A stretch of 64,000 nucleotides of DNA, taken from Raillietiella orientalis. Its lineage: Eukaryota. Made by a program: the position numbers and the translations under genes. The stretch lies in NCBI GenBank assembly GCA_036172245.1, contig JAYWIR010000026.1, positions 372,001 through 436,000 of the forward strand, in the 5' to 3' direction. The notes under the pieces are model-generated. The model saw only the letters and a program-made list of their open reading frames with translations. It searched no databases and was not told the origin of the DNA. This document shows positions 25,533 to 39,699 of the stretch, piece by piece (within the stretch, counting starts at the first letter, position 1; each line of letters begins with the position of its first letter).

Positions 25533-25964
25533 ATGTGCGCGCCCCCGGTGATCCGGCCCCGCGAGCCTCCATCTCCGACCGGAGACGACGACTCTTCCCT
25601 GCGCCGGCAGTCGCTGAGGTCGGTGGCCGCCCCAGCGTTGGCTCCGCTGCCGCTGCTGATGGAGCTGCTGTTGCTGGCGTGTTCGGTCACAGGCTTCCTT
25701 GACGATCCCGCGGGCAAGGAGGACTGCTTCCATATGGCCTGCCTGGACTTCCACCGGGTGCAGACGCCCTTCATCATCGCCATCTGGGTCTTCAGCGCCA
25801 CCCTGACCAAGATAGGGTTCCATATGACCGAGAGGCTGTCGAAGATCTTCTCGGAGTCCTGCCTGCTGACAGTCGTGGGAGTTGTCGTGGGGCTTCTGCT
25901 GTTCTACACGAGTCGAAGTGCCCCCGGGAGGTCAGGAGCTCGGGTGCCCTGGGCTGCATCGTAG
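25533..25964 (+). pseudogene. 5' fragment of a plasma-membrane Na+/H+ exchanger (SLC9A1-5 / Nhe2-like)
   Basis: Translation ...LDFHRVQTPFIIAIWVFSATLTKIGFHMTERLSKIFSESCLLTVVGVVVGLLLFYT resembles the first NHE transmembrane segments, preceded by a hydrophobic signal-like stretch. Similarity stops at ~25910 and I see no downstream NHE exons (e.g. LPPII.DAGY) in the window. The conserved Pro of PESCLL is replaced by Ser. Confidence 0.75.
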
Positions 25965-27016
25965 GCTGCCACGAAAGCGTGCAGCCGCTGCGAGATGATG
26001 GCAATCCTGGCCGCGCGCGAGAAGAGCGCTCGGCAGGGTTGCCTCTCGTAGGGGAGAAGTAGCGCTGGTGTCAGGGCCACTTCGGCTCCCGCAGCGCTGG
26101 CATCCTCTGGCCGACTGTTCGCCGTCACAAGGGGCAGCCTCAGTACGAGGAGAGAGAAGAAGATGGAGGAAAGGTCGTCGCAGCGTGCCGTCACCACGAG
26201 TAGCCTCGTTGGGGCAACCACCGTCTCCTACACGCGGAGAGCGTCGAAGTGACCCGGAGTAGGAGATCAGGTGAGCGGGTGGCTTTAGACGACTGTGGAT
26301 GGACTTACACGACCTCGATGGGCGCACCTTAACCATCAGTACCCTACGAGGTCCTCAGGAACCACTGCCGAGAACTGAGAACCTGGCCCATTGCGTCCTC
26401 CATTCTCCACTTTGCCTCCCTCCTGTCCTGACCTACGGAGAGGATAGTCTTCCTCTTTGTGTACCAACTTTATTTATTTGCGTTAAATGAACGTCTCGGA
26501 AATTCGGGGTGAGCACGCCGGGGAGTTCCTTCGAAGTGGATGAACGTGCACCTGGGAGCACTGTAGGGGTACACGCTGGTCGGTAGCTGGGAGGTAAGGG
26601 AAGGTTTCAGAGGAATGGATCCAGGATGCGGGGAGTGAAGTACATCTCCAGTGACGGGATACTGGGAAGCCATCAAATACCTGGAAGGAGTGTTCCTGCC
26701 CATTCGTGAGCGCATCCCCCGGATGGACCAAGGCTCGCAACCCTGGCACGGGTTGTCCCGCCCAGCAGCCGATGTTTGCTGGAAGCAGGAAGGGCAAGCC
26801 CTTCAGCCTCCCTTCTGCCAGCGCTGCCCTGCAGGGGGCGCCTTTCCAAGATGTTGGGCGACGGACGGATGACGCAGCACGGAGGCGCTTCTGGTCCACG
26901 CACCCGCCGGTGTCTCCCACCGCCACGTGCCGCTGTCGTTTAGCGGCAAGGAGATCCACGCGTGCCGCATCCACGGCAGGGCGTGGGCCACGCCCTCGCT
27001 TGGTGTACCGCCGGTG

Positions 27017-27180
27017 GCGAGTCGAACCCACGTCTTTCCGCCGCCCTTCGGCGGGGAAGGTGGGGGTCCACGCCACTGGGTCACCGCTGCGTGCTCGAAC
27101 CGCGAAGCTGCGAGCGTATAAGGCATCGTTGTGGGGAGTTCATTGCCTCTAGCTCCGGGGATTCGAACCCGCAGCCTTCC
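27017..27180 (-). mobile_element. tRNA-derived SINE-like remnant (paralogue of the 22.1 kb copy)
   Basis: Shared blocks TCGAACCC, TCCACGCCACTGG, CGAAGCTGCGAG, TCATTGC.TCT.GCTC and GGGGATTC.ACCCGCAGCCTTCC. Confidence 0.55.
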
Positions 27181-30074
27181 TCTTCACACTGGGCAAAAAA
27201 CTACGTGCATTATTTCGCCACGTGGTCCGCAGTCACTCTGGCCCTCCCCCTGTCCCGGAGGCGGAGGGGCGGACGCCGAGCCCTCACATAGCTCCGTGCT
27301 TGGCTCGCGCTACACCAGCTCCCACACGATGCCTGTTCTCGGAGGTTCCCGCAAGTCGACCAGAAGTCACGGCGGACGAGCTGCGTGAACTGCCTGCCCT
27401 CTTCTGGCAGCACTGACACAGCCGCTGACCTTCCGGGATAGCGCCGGAAGGGTATCGACGACCCCTTCCCACCCCCAGGGTGCGCGTCTTGCCTCGTTGG
27501 TTGATCTGGCTGACCCTCCCGCCTCTCTATGCTGTGGCAGGCAGTCGATTGGCTGCCTCTGGTTCTTCTGCTGCTGGCAGGGGCTGAGGTTTCGCCCAGG
27601 AAAGAGGCCGTTGCCCTGTGCCGGCCCGGGGCTCGGCTCTCCGAGCGGACCGGATATACCGCAGGCCATTTCCAGAGCTGAGGTGGCGACGTCCATGTTG
27701 CGCTTCTCGACGCTGCCTCCCGACCTCACCGACCGCGTTGGCTGGTCACTCTTGACCAAACGTCCTCTCCGTCCTTTTGCCCTGGATTCTTCCGCACTTG
27801 GTGGTGCGCTCTTGGACCACGGAGGCTGTACGCACGGTGCTGGGGAGTTCGCTCTCCTCGAGGTGCTTCGCACAGCGGGTTTCGGGGGTCTGGCCGCCGC
27901 AGGCAGGTCTCTCGGGCGTCCTCCACCCTCCTCCCCCCCATCTTGTCGCGTTTTTCAGCGACTTCATCTTGAAGAACATCTCTCACTGGAGGGAACCTCT
28001 CTGACCCTCCCCCCGTGCACCGTCACCACCACCCCCGTGCTGTCTGAGATGATCCCGGACTGTCTTCCGATGGAGCTCGTGAGGTCCGCTGCACTACGAG
28101 CTTCGCACCGAGCGAAGAGGGCAATGTGGCGCCATCTTAGCAGATGCCCTTCATGAGGGTCCTTCAACTCGGTTCGTTCTGTGAGATTGTCGTCGGCGCC
28201 ACTGCAGCCATCGGCGAAAGGGCGCAGACTGGGAGGGTTCCTTCGCTTCCGTAAAGTTCGGTGGTGGACGACCACGCCTCCCAGACGCGAGGCCGAGTGG
28301 ACCGTAGGTTTCCTTTTTTTCCCTCGCAGGAGACCCCGAATTCCGGTACTCGCCACGTACGGCAGCTCTCCTTGAGCTGTGAGTGGATCCCCCCCCCCCA
28401 CGCCGCCGTGGTCACGGGTGCAGTCGGGTACTGCTCCGGGGTTGGCGCGAAGGGATCCGCCTACCGTTTCCATGACGTCACTGCCCCGTGTCGGAGATCG
28501 GGACCGCCTCGTCGCCGGGGTGCGACTCGTCCCCTTCTCACACCAGCCGCCCCGAACGCAAAAAAAATGTGAATGCACGAAAAAAAATTGCGCACGCGTA
28601 TGAGCGTGACCGTCAAGCACGCGCGCGTCTGCGCAGACGTGTGTGCCGCAATTCCTTTTATTGGTCTTTTTTGACCGCTGATGCCGCTTCCGGACCCTCC
28701 CTCCTCCCTAACTGGGGCACGCTCTGGAGGAGACATCATCCATGGATTCCACTACTCCACTCAGTGTTGCATAACGAAGCAGCATCCTGTCCTCAAATCT
28801 CAGACCATCTCTCTTTCTTTTTCCTTTTTTCGGTTTGCAATCTTCTGAGAATCGGAAAAATTCTCTCACTGGCATAGCAGAGCGCTCTATTAAGGGATAC
28901 AAGAAACTCAGACGTGGGAAATTTAGTTTCGAGTTTCAATAGCAGATGGCAGAGATTCACCACCTAGGATCGCGGTCGTGGGGGCTGAAATTTCAGTCTC
29001 CCATTATCCTTACGCCTTTTTATTCCATATGAAATTCATATGCATTTATGAAACGGCAAAGCGCAGCAAGGTGAACTCTTCTGCGGAAGGTGTTTCGTCA
29101 CGAATCCGACGAATGGTGAGTCACTTGAAGCGTTCCATCACGGAATTTGCTTCGTTCCCGGCTGCTCTTTCACTCTGCTTCCTCAAGCTGCTGATTGTTC
29201 TCGTGGAAGGTATCAGCGCTGCTCTCCCTTCTCTCCGCTCCTCAAGAGGAAACTCCAGGGTCGCAACAGGGAACAGGGAGCTTGCGGTGACGTCAGCGCA
29301 CACGCCGCCGCAGCGAAAGAGCGCGAAAGAGCGGATTCGAAGGGAACATTTGGGGTTCCCCGCCCTACAGGCAGCGCCCTCTCCGGGTGAGGAGGAGAAG
29401 CCAAGGACGGGGTTCCTCCGTGCGCTGGCCCTCGAGATGTCCGTCGAGCACCGTCGAGAACGGGAACAACGAAACCAAGCGATTCAGGGGCCCTTGGGGA
29501 AAGGGGAAGTGCAGGTCCTTCCGCCGAAGGAGACGTCGCACCCCAGAAGAGGCAGGGGATGTTAGGACGCAGTCCCTTCGAGCGCCGCGCTCGGGAGACT
29601 GGCAGGCAACTCCTGCAATGACGATGTCCTCGCCAAGGCAACTCTGTCCGGAAGATAACGATGCGGATGATGCGAGCCCATTTATCTGCCCTCGCAGCGA
29701 GTCAGCTTGCGCAGCCCAGTAAATTGAATGACACGCCGCAAAGCTCCGTGGCAGATTCGAATTGTCCACCGGGTTCTCGCTTCCGAGAGAACCGCCTGCT
29801 GGCCACCACCATGACTTTGACTGAGCACGCTCGTGAAAATGCAAATCGATTGCCCGTGTGGTCGGCCGTGCAGCTGCGGTCCGCTCGTGGCTCCAGGCGT
29901 CGCGTGTTCGAATCCCGTCCGCGAAAGGATGGATGGACGCAGAGAAATAGGGGGTGCGCGTCAAGTCTCGCAGTCCTTCCGCAGGATGGCGCTCGTTGGC
30001 CTGTTCGGGTGCGGCACTGGTGGCAGCAACCGGAAACCCCGGATGCGTCCGTTGAATGGTCGGGATGATGATGA

Positions 30075-30355
30075 CCCTCTGGAGTCCTTCCAGGAATCGA
30101 GGAGCCCTTCGGGGCTCTCTCGGAAGACAACCAGGGCGACGGTGACCTTCGGGCGGACCGGATGGTGACCCTCCCAAGCGTAAGAGGGACGGACTCCTTG
30201 CTGCGGAACCCTTCCTGGATTTGTGGGGCGGTGTCCCCTAGCTCCAAGAGTCAATGAGCACACTAGGGTGGGGTGAACAGCGTCAAAGAGCTCCTTGAGC
30301 CGCCAGGCGAACGTCCTTGAGGGCTTGGCGATCCTAAAAAAGGGAAAAGAAAAAC
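30075..30355 (-). repeat. Dispersed repeat family A, copy 3 (inverted)
   Basis: Reverse complement contains TTTGACGCTGTTCACCCCACCCTAG, AATCCAGGAAGGG, CCCTCTTACGCTTGGGAGGG and CGCCCTGGTTGTCTTCCG. Confidence 0.7.
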
Positions 30356-33300
30356 CCACACACAGCCGGCGGGCCACCTGCCTGGAAACCTGCCGCACGC
30401 CGGGCGAGCACCCTCCATTTCGATCCCGTCCGTCCACGGAGGCGACTCCCTGCCGTCTCCCGCGCCCGAGCGCCCACTGGACGGCATCTGGGAGGGACAT
30501 TCGGTGGTTTCGTCACGACCGCCTTATCGGCCAGCGTCCGCGGCCCGGCGAGGCGGAGGCTGCAAAGGAAGGCGAGGAACCGGGAGCAGAATGAAGACAG
30601 ACCTTCTTCGCCGCATCCTTCGGGAACAACCCGGGGGAACGGGAAGGGAACGTCGGCACCGTTTCCGCTCTCCCAGAAAGACGATCGCCCGCTTCACCCA
30701 CCCTTTTTCTTTCTCCGTCTCCATCCTCGACCTCTGTCCCTTCATTTTCCGGTGACCGGAAGCGGTGTCGACGTTTCCAGAAGAACAAGAGCAAGAGCAG
30801 GAACAAGAAGTGGAGCGAGAACTGTCATCCCTCCCTCCTGTCTCTTCGATTCGAGTCCGACGCCGCGATCTGTACCTGGTTCCGCAGGAAGATGGACACC
30901 CGGGCGCGCGCGCGCGAGATGGCCTAAGATTCAGAAGATACGTGGTGCTGATTGGCTACCCAGCGCGGGTCGAAATACCGGATGTCGTGGGAGGTGTTTA
31001 CTAGGACACCCTCCGCTCGTAGATCCCAGCATCCGTGGGGAGCAATTGCGGAATTCCGGGAGCGCTCTCCCGCGACCGTCGGCAAACAGCACGGCTCGAT
31101 GACCAACGCGCGCGATGCGATCGCAAGAGCTCGCAAGAGGCGAACGGTCGGACAATTCGAGGGTTTTTTTTTTTTATATAAAAGAAGGGAAGCGTCAAAG
31201 TAAACGCATGAGCAGTGTAAATGGCGAAGTAACTCAAAGGCTGATTGGATTTGAATCCGGGATGACCTGGGCGTTTGTTCAACGCAATAAGCATTGCATA
31301 ATGGTAAGACCATCGGTCCCGTCAAGTCTTGATTTTAGCACGACTTGCCTTCCGGGCGTCCGGTGCGGACAGGAGAGGATGGCCTCACAGCAGAGAGGAT
31401 GAGAAAGAGAAGAAAAAATTAAAAAAAAATACTTATATAAATATTAATAAACTCTGGGCAACACGGAAAGGGATTGCTGCCTGATGGAGACTGTCCTCTG
31501 CATCCTCTCCAGGACGCTGGCAAGTTCCCCTCTTGCATTATCCAGGTGGGGCCATGTGGTTGCCATCCGTAAAAAAACGTAGGGTGAAGTGGATGGCGTC
31601 CCTGCCGCTTCGTCCTCCACTGGCGTCAATACACGCCGCCATCATCCCGCGTAGGGAGCGAATCGCTGCTAGGGATGCGGCAGGCGGCAATGCGTCGCAC
31701 GCGAAGAGGGGTCTCTGTGCGTCACTGGGGTGCCACACGCGTTCCGGAGGGCACTCTCTGCAAAGCGCCCTCGCAACGGTCTCAGGTCAGCGCAGCTCAC
31801 GAGCAGGTTTCGCATTCCCAGCAGCAATTCGGATCCACACACTCCCCGGGTCCAGTGGTATCGGAAAGCGTTGCATGGGGAGACCCCAGTGCACCAGCGG
31901 AAGCGCCAACTCCCGTTACGCGAAAGGAAGGGAGCGGTCGTTCAGGAGCGCTGGGGGCCACTCGAGGTCTTCTTGTGGGATTCCCAGCAGCTCATCAGAA
32001 CGCGCAAGTCCCTTTGGGATGGAGACTTGGGGTCGCAGCGTCGGTCAGCTGACCCATGGTATAACCAGTGAGAGTCCTGCCTCTGGAGGAGATGCCTCAG
32101 AGGAAGGCTTCCCATTTCGCCGTTAGGTCGCTGCTGCCGAGGTGCTCCCTCAGGGAAGGCAGCGCTCCAGCAAAGGAAGTTGGTCCCACCAATGCACACT
32201 TAGTGAGATGCTCGATGATCTCCTGGAGCGTGCGGTTGTTGCAGAAGGAGCACAGGCCGCGCCGTCGTAGCTCGTCTCGTTGGTCCTCTTCCCTACTCTC
32301 AGGCGGTTTCCTGGAAACCAGGCGCCACCCTTCGTGGAGCGGCAGAAGACCCAGATGTCCTCCCTGATCGGTGCAGCTACTCGTCGCAGCTGGAGCCCGC
32401 AACGAGACTCGTCGCAATGGGGCAAGGGCTGGCCGGAGGTGCTGGAACCGGGTCGCATTGCGGCCTCGCGAGTCCCAAGACGCTTCAAGCCCAAGCGGAC
32501 GCACCTGGCCACCCGCGCGTGCCCCAGCACGGAGATCAGAGAATGCCGCCGCCACCCCTCGAAGGGCGAGCGAGATCTTCCCAACGGCCGCGAGAAGCTC
32601 CCCGGCTGAAATCCGGAACTTCTCTCATCGGCGGTCTGCAGCGAGAGGGCTGAAGGAGTTCGCGAACCCACCGGGGAGGCGGGAGACTCCCGAAGGAAGG
32701 CGTGGCTCCCTGAGGGCGACGGCCGAGCACCCCCCGCGTCGTCCTTCGCGCGATCAGGCAGCCCCTCCATGGGACCGATCATGTATGCCGATGGACCCCG
32801 GAATGCGGGCAGTCGAAACTCGGCGTCCCGGGGGACACCAAAGTGTGGCAACGGCTTCCAGCAGGCGAATCGAAACAAGATGAGATTTTTTGTGCAAATG
32901 GAGGCGAGTTGATCGAAAGCTTTGCCATGAGCAAGAAAAATCTTTTTTTTTTTTTTTTAAAGAAAGCTGCTGAACTGACGCTGCGGCACAAAATTGGAGT
33001 TTATCCTCGAGCTCGTGCGGATTCACCACGTTATACAGGCCTGTCGCGTTATACGAGTCCTCGTCATACACGGACGGCCACTGTAGCTCCAAGTGCCGTT
33101 TCCCCAGCCCGCTGGCCTGGAAACCAGTTTCCAAATGGACCTCCGAAAAGGAATTTGGATCCGGGCTTGGAGGCACTCTGATGGAAATCCGTTGGGAGAA
33201 GAGGGGTCGGCCGTCGGAGTTCGCGGGAGACGCTCTCTGGAGGGCGTCGCGGAGGAAGACAGAGCGATGGGACGGTGAGTGATTTAAGGTGGGAATCCGC

Positions 33301-36300
33301 GGAGGAAGGAAGCTGGATGAAGGAGGATGTCGCTTGCCTCATGGCAGCCTGGATCGCCGCGAAGAGCCCCGCGTTGGGAGCCGAGCGCGGAGACGTCGCT
33401 CGTGATTTACGGCCGCTGTGCGCGGTCAGAGCGGCCGTGGCGCACCGCTCCGCGGGCGGCTCGCGCTGGCCCGCGTCGGTGGGGGCGCCCGAGCCACCTC
33501 AGGGTGGAGCCGTGCGTGCGCCGGATCCTCTCTCTCCAGGCTCGCGAGGGTCGGAGGCGCAGGAGGTGCGCATCCCCGGTTTGGCGGCGCGGGGAAGGGC
33601 AGCCTGCCTCCTGAGCCTCTTTGGGGCGTGGCCTTCCGGCCCGGAAAGAGTCGGAGGAAAACTCCGAGGCTCCTCCGGTCGCACTCGGAAGGGCGCCGCT
33701 CCGTTCTCTCGCCCGCGCGCCGCCACCCTTCCTTTGGGCTCGGCCATCCTCCCAGGTCGAACCGGCGCGACACCGCGCTGCTGTGTGCTGCAACCAAAGC
33801 CAGGCATCTCCTCGCGCGCCACAGCTGCATTGATGCTGCTGCAACTCTTCTTCTCGTTGCCATTCGTGCTCCCTTCCGTTCCTGCTCTGTTCCTCTTCTC
33901 GCTCCTGTTGCTTTTCCTCGGGGTTTCGAAAGCGCGTGCGAGGTGCCTCTGCGCTGCGCCTCCTTCTGCAGGTCAGTCGACGGCGCCTCCCTCGCTCGGA
34001 AGCGTCCCCTCCTCGACCCCCCGACCGCGTCCGCGAGGGTGGGCGGCTCGAGGGGACCGCGGAAGGAACGCCCCTGTGTGCGCATGGGGAAAATTCGCCC
34101 CGCAGTCGGACCGGGCGCGCGCGGAGCCAACGGCAGCTGGACGGCGGCGGCTCCAGCTCTACGGAAGCAGGGGGACGGTCTCTAGCGGGCGGACGAATGG
34201 CTCCTTTCCCGCCCCCCGCTTTCGCCTTTCTCGCGTGGCGCGCGAAGCTCGGCGAAGCGCCATTCCCCCCCACCCTTCCTCCCCGAAAGGGGAAGAGGAA
34301 GCCCTCCGCCTCTGTCCGCCGCCACCGCCTAGTCTGGCGCCTCCGCTGCCGCGCTTTCCAGGTTTTTTACGAGTCACCTTGCCGATGGCGCCTGGCGCTG
34401 CCCCCCGAGGAAAGTCCAGGCTCCTCGGGAGCGCAGACGGAGAGGGGGAGGGTTCCCCCGGCTCGCCTTGGTTCCTGCCGAAGACGCCGTCCCTTCATCG
34501 CCCGAGAGAGCGAACCTCCGGAGGGGTTCGCGCCAAGGTCTTCGCAGGGTTCCCACGCCCGCCGAGACGCCTCTCTCTCCATCCCGCAGGGGGAGGGATC
34601 CTTTGACGCGTGGGACCTCCTGTGTCGGGCGTTCTGCCATTACAATGGGCCCCTGCATGACGCGGGCTCGTACAACGCTAGCTGAAAACGGAGAACGTCC
34701 TCGTACAACGCGGCTTACGGGACCCCGTACGGCCCTGTGGGTAAATTTAAAGTTTGTGGCGCAGCGGTCAGCTCAGCTGCTGCTTCTTTTTTTCAAAAAA
34801 AAAAAAAAAAGAAGAAGAAGAAGAAGAAAGAAAGAACGCGAACACGTGATGTGAGGGGGATGAATTCGCTGTCATTCAAATCTCCGTGATTCGAATGGAG
34901 AGACGAGATGCGTTTCCCGGCAACGAGGACGATAGCGCCGGAAGCAACGAGCCGAACGAATTTGCTGCACATCGAGAAAATTTCATTTGTTTTTCTGCTT
35001 CGAGTCAAATAAAAATCGAAATCGAAATGGGACTTTCACTTCCCTCTCCCTTTTTTCCAAAGAAAAGGAAAAAAGAAAATGAGGGCATACATATTGGGAA
35101 GGGTTGCCACGCTTTGGGATGCATTTCGCATGTTTTTTACGAATGGTCCACGCGTGGCCGCGGCCCTGCGCAACGCGGAAGGCGCCCCCCGCGGCGCGCA
35201 GGGTCGACTCGGCCCCGGGAAAGGGCGCCCGCGGCCTCTCGCCTACGATACCCTCCTCGGGGGAGCTCGCGCGTGACGCAACAATCGGCCTGGGAGTTCC
35301 CGCGCTCGTCGCCGCTAAAAATAGATGCGCGCGGCCTCTCCGGGCGAGCGTGGGCGTGAAACTCGAGCCTCCGCCGGTCCCCGGGAGCGAGGAGCCTTCC
35401 CCGGCCCTCGCCGCCGTCTTCCCGGTGCTCCTCCGCGGGTGGCGACCCGGGGGGTCCGGAACCGCTCCGCGGCCAGTCGGGCTTCTTCGAGTGGGGCGGG
35501 AAAACGGGGGAGGGAACTCCTTCCGACTTTCGGGGCGGTGCCCGCGTCCTCGCACTCGACCCGATCAGCTTGGCCCTGATGCGGAGACGCCGCTCTGCGT
35601 CCCCCCACGCAGCCCACGCACCACACGGCTGAAAGCCAGCTCGAAGCCACTCGTGGCTCGCCTTCGGAGAATGGCGTGCTCGAAACCGCCACCACCGACG
35701 GAAGCAGCACGGGGTGTTCGTGGTCGCTCTGAAGTCCTTGCTGCAGGCTGGGAGGAAGCTGCCTCCCTGCGAGCGCCTGGAGACGCGACTACCTCGGTGC
35801 CGATTTCCGTCTACGATGGATCCGGTCCGAACCTCATGCAGCCCGAAATGGCAGATCTTCGCGAAAGGGGCAGTCTGCCTTGAAATCGACGGGAGCAACG
35901 CCGAAGGGCAGCTTGGGTGGCCGGAGTGCTTGTCCGCGGAGAGGCGGAAGACGGAAGGGAATCAGGCGGGAACGAAAGAAACGAAAGGAGGTGCAAGAGA
36001 AACCCTTGGGACGGCTGCTGCGAAATCCCGGCAGTGATGAGCTCTCCTTGCTGGGGACCATGGTGTGGCCGCGTGGGTTGAGCCAGTTGGAACCACCCCT
36101 CCTTGGGCGTGGCTTTGAGGGGAAACGTGGCTCGGCGTGAGCCGGTCCCGGACCACTCGCCTTGAGCTGGAATGCTCGGGGGGCGAATCGGACCTCCGCC
36201 GACCTCGGGGTTGCAAAACGCGGTGGCAAGAAAGTTAACGGAACCGCAGCCTCGCGCGTTCCGCACCCAATCCTCTCTTCGCCCCGTGGGGGCAGCCTTT

Positions 36301-39300
36301 CTTCTGGGGTGACACAGCCGAGGAAGAGCTCCTGCGGAAGTGGGAGACCGGAAACCGGCGCGCCTCGCGTGCAGCTCAGAGGCGAGGCCGAGGAGGGCGC
36401 GTTTGAAGTGCTGCGCCCTATACAATCTTATCCGAGACACAGCAGCACGAGACCCATGCTCTGTAGGTCGCAACTAACGAAATGGATCAAGCTAAAGGAG
36501 GTACTTCCGGAACTGACCATCCTTACCATAGCGGATCTCCTCGTCTCCTGGTCAAATCTTCCAGCACCCATCCTTCTCACGCCCAAGCGAGATCTCCACT
36601 CTCCCACTTCCCAGACAGTGAACCTTTGATGTGCAAAATACGCTTAGGTCAAGAAAGATAAATGGGGCTGCAAGGATTATGCGTTTACGGAGTTTTCTCC
36701 GCAACTGCGCGAGTCGTTCTGCTAAGACGTCGGTTTTTCGTGTGGGCTTTTGTCCTCCAAGACCTGGTGGCCCGCATTGGGCTCATCATCCACGAGTGGT
36801 GGGGACCATGAGAACGTCCCCAGCCCTGCACTGCACGGTGCTACGCGCGGGACTTTGGGCTCGTTGAACCGATCTTACTAAACGGAGTGCCTCCTCTGCT
36901 CCCACTTTCTGAATTCGTGACGGAGGTCATAAAATGGGATGAAAGTCTGATCCATCCCACTTTCTTCTCATGAAATGCCTTGCGGTTATCCTTTGCCGTA
37001 TCCCTCGTTGAGGACGCTCAGCTGTTCATCGGATGTCTGTTTCTCTGAAAATGAAGCTGAGGAATCGCAGCCGCCTCACATAGGATGACCCTTCGTCGTA
37101 CATCACGTTAGGTCACGAAGAGGCGGGAAGGAGTACGTCGTCAGGCTGGTCGTCAAAACAGGAAGGGTGATCGTGAGAATGCAAGAAATGCAAATTGCAT
37201 CGCAGGCGCGAGAAAAGAAAAGGAGTCGAAGATTCTCATCCGTGTTCCTCGCTGTGGTCGTAACGCTTCCACTCGCATTTCATAGCGTGGATGATGATTC
37301 TCGGGGGACCAAAAACTCCGCGCGGCCACTTGGATCAACTGAATTGGGGATCGGATGGCTGCGGGTCAAGCGGTGACGCACGACGCAGGCAGGCTGAATT
37401 CCCTACTTCCGAATTCCCTACTGTCTTATCTCTGCCCGCTACCAAATATGGTGTGCATCAAAATAGGTGAGGTACGGTGCGGACGCGTGCGAAGCATTTT
37501 CGTCGATTCGGTGAAAGCGAGCGCTATTAACAAGCAGTCGAAGGAACGAAATGCAGTCGCCTTTTTTCCAGACGTAAGCCCTTGGCGGCCTTGAACTCTT
37601 CATCGCGAGTGTTTACCTTCTGAAGTACTTGTCCAGCCAACGCACCGCCGCCCAAGCGCTTGCCCGCAGGGACGAAAGAGGTCATTCGGGGGTTCGGGGG
37701 TTCAAAGATACTTCAAGGTACTCGAGACTTCTGGAGACGAGTGGCGATGCAGAGGCGAGGCTGAGAATTTGCCACTTCAGAGCCGGCCGCAGCTGTGAGC
37801 CCACGATCTTCATCGGCAGCTGCACACGAGGTCATGGTCGATGAACTTCTCCGCCTACCCCAACCTTAGACTGCACAAATGATAAAGATTCGTTAAAAAC
37901 AGGAAATGAATAACAGAATCCAAGTCGATGGCTGCTGGTGAGATATTTTAAGTGCAAGATAGATGGATGGACAGAAAGACGGACAGATAGAGCTTCCCGG
38001 TAGGACAACAGCCACGAAATTTAATGTGGATCTGATCCACATTTGTTTTTTGGACACAAGGTACAGAATACAATATGCACATCCAGAATTCATAAACTGG
38101 CAAAGATCGAAGTTTTCCATGACGATTTCCTGTCTTTCCATCTTTCTAGAAGTCTTAGAAATGCCATCAAAACATAGAATGAAGTCTGGATGTTTCCATG
38201 CCTTTTGAAAGAAGTATGCAGCTCCATCTGACCAGTTCCCGAAACACTTTCGTATAGTGCGCTGCGCTTCGTTTAGATGGCAGGATAGTGAGCAGCTAAG
38301 CGCTGCTTCCAGGGGCTCCGTGGGATTCTGATCCAAGCAGCCACTTCCACAGCCGCCTCTGCTCTAAGTCCAGAGTCCTGAAAGCTCTCAATCAAAGACT
38401 TATCTTTTCTTGTATTTTTTAATCTTTTTTTTAGATCGACCGACTCGCTAGAGACTTCTTCAGGGTGGCACTGTGATGAGAAAATGCTTGATTTCGATCC
38501 GCCGGTTCAATGTCGGTGAACACCTAACAATTTAACGCCAGCAAATCACTGGAAATCTTTCGTGAAGCAGCATTCGGGAAAAAGTAGCAGTTTCTAGGTT
38601 GCGGCTCAGGGTCATCGAGGTGTCGAAGAGGCTTTCTGGCACGATAATTCCTGCTGCGGTTCTGCCACAAGAAGCCACCGAGTCTCCTGTTCCTTGAGCT
38701 CCTCCAGCACATCCCACGTTCCTAGGGCTATCTCCAGGCAGGATGATAAGCTGGGGAGGAACTTGAGCAGCTTCGCTACTGCGCCTGCTCTCTGATTGCA
38801 CTTGTTCTAGAGCATTTTGTGAACCCTTTCGCTACTGTGAGCATCATTAAGTCTCTGCAGCAGCGTTCACATACGTCAGCTCACATCCGGTGAGTATTCC
38901 GGGAATCCCGGATCGTCGTCCACCCTCGAAATGCCAATTCTGCGATTGCTGAAAACCAGCGCAATGGTGAGCGATTGCAGAGGGCATCGAAAATGAAAGG
39001 CGAAACTTTTCTTTTCCTCTTTTTTTCTTTTTAGAGGAACATTCTGGAAATTTTTAGTACTTTCAAAATGGAGAATTCACAAAGACCGATCCCGTTCGTT
39101 GCGCTTCGTGAAGCAGCTGCTCCCCTAGGTGTGCCCTTCCGCAACGGGCTACTCGCACCTCACGCCCGCGTCGGCGGCCGATTGACCGCGGCTCCCGCAC
39201 GTGGGACCGAGAGTCGCGGTTTCGAATCGCCCCCCCAGGCAGGATGTCTCTGGTCGCCTCACGGTCCGGGAGCCGCGCTGGTGGAAGCCGTGGCCATCGC

Positions 39301-39699
39301 CATTGCCGTCTCTGCCATCGTCACCTTCCTCAATACCATCTTCCGGGTCGAACCCGTGGCTCTCTTCCGGCAGAGTGGCCGAGGCAGGTGGCTCTGTGCC
39401 TTCCACAAAGCTTGCCAACCTTCCCGCCTGCGGCGCCCTCGTCGCCGGCCTCCGCGGGGAGGTTCCTCGCAGTCTTGAGCGGATCGTGCTCCCTCGCTCC
39501 AGAAGCGCTCGATCGAGCATGCGCCCAAGACCACGCTGGTCTGCAGCCGGTCCCCGCGTTCTCCTCGGCGGCCAGTTCTTCCAACAGGGACTGGAGCACC
39601 ACCAGGACCAGGGACTTTATCCGGGCGTCGTCTTCTCCAGGGAGTCTCGTACAGGATCGCCACGTGCTGGGAGAGCCTCCAACTATCTGCCTGACGATG

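Noticed and set aside
33275..34606. 443-aa ORF and overlapping long ORFs
   Set aside because: Arg/Pro/Gly/Ala-rich products of stop-poor GC-rich DNA, open in several frames, no recognisable domain.
37893..38340. 147-aa ORF and a faint MULE-transposase-like phrase in another frame
   Set aside because: Too short and interrupted to support any assignment without a profile search.
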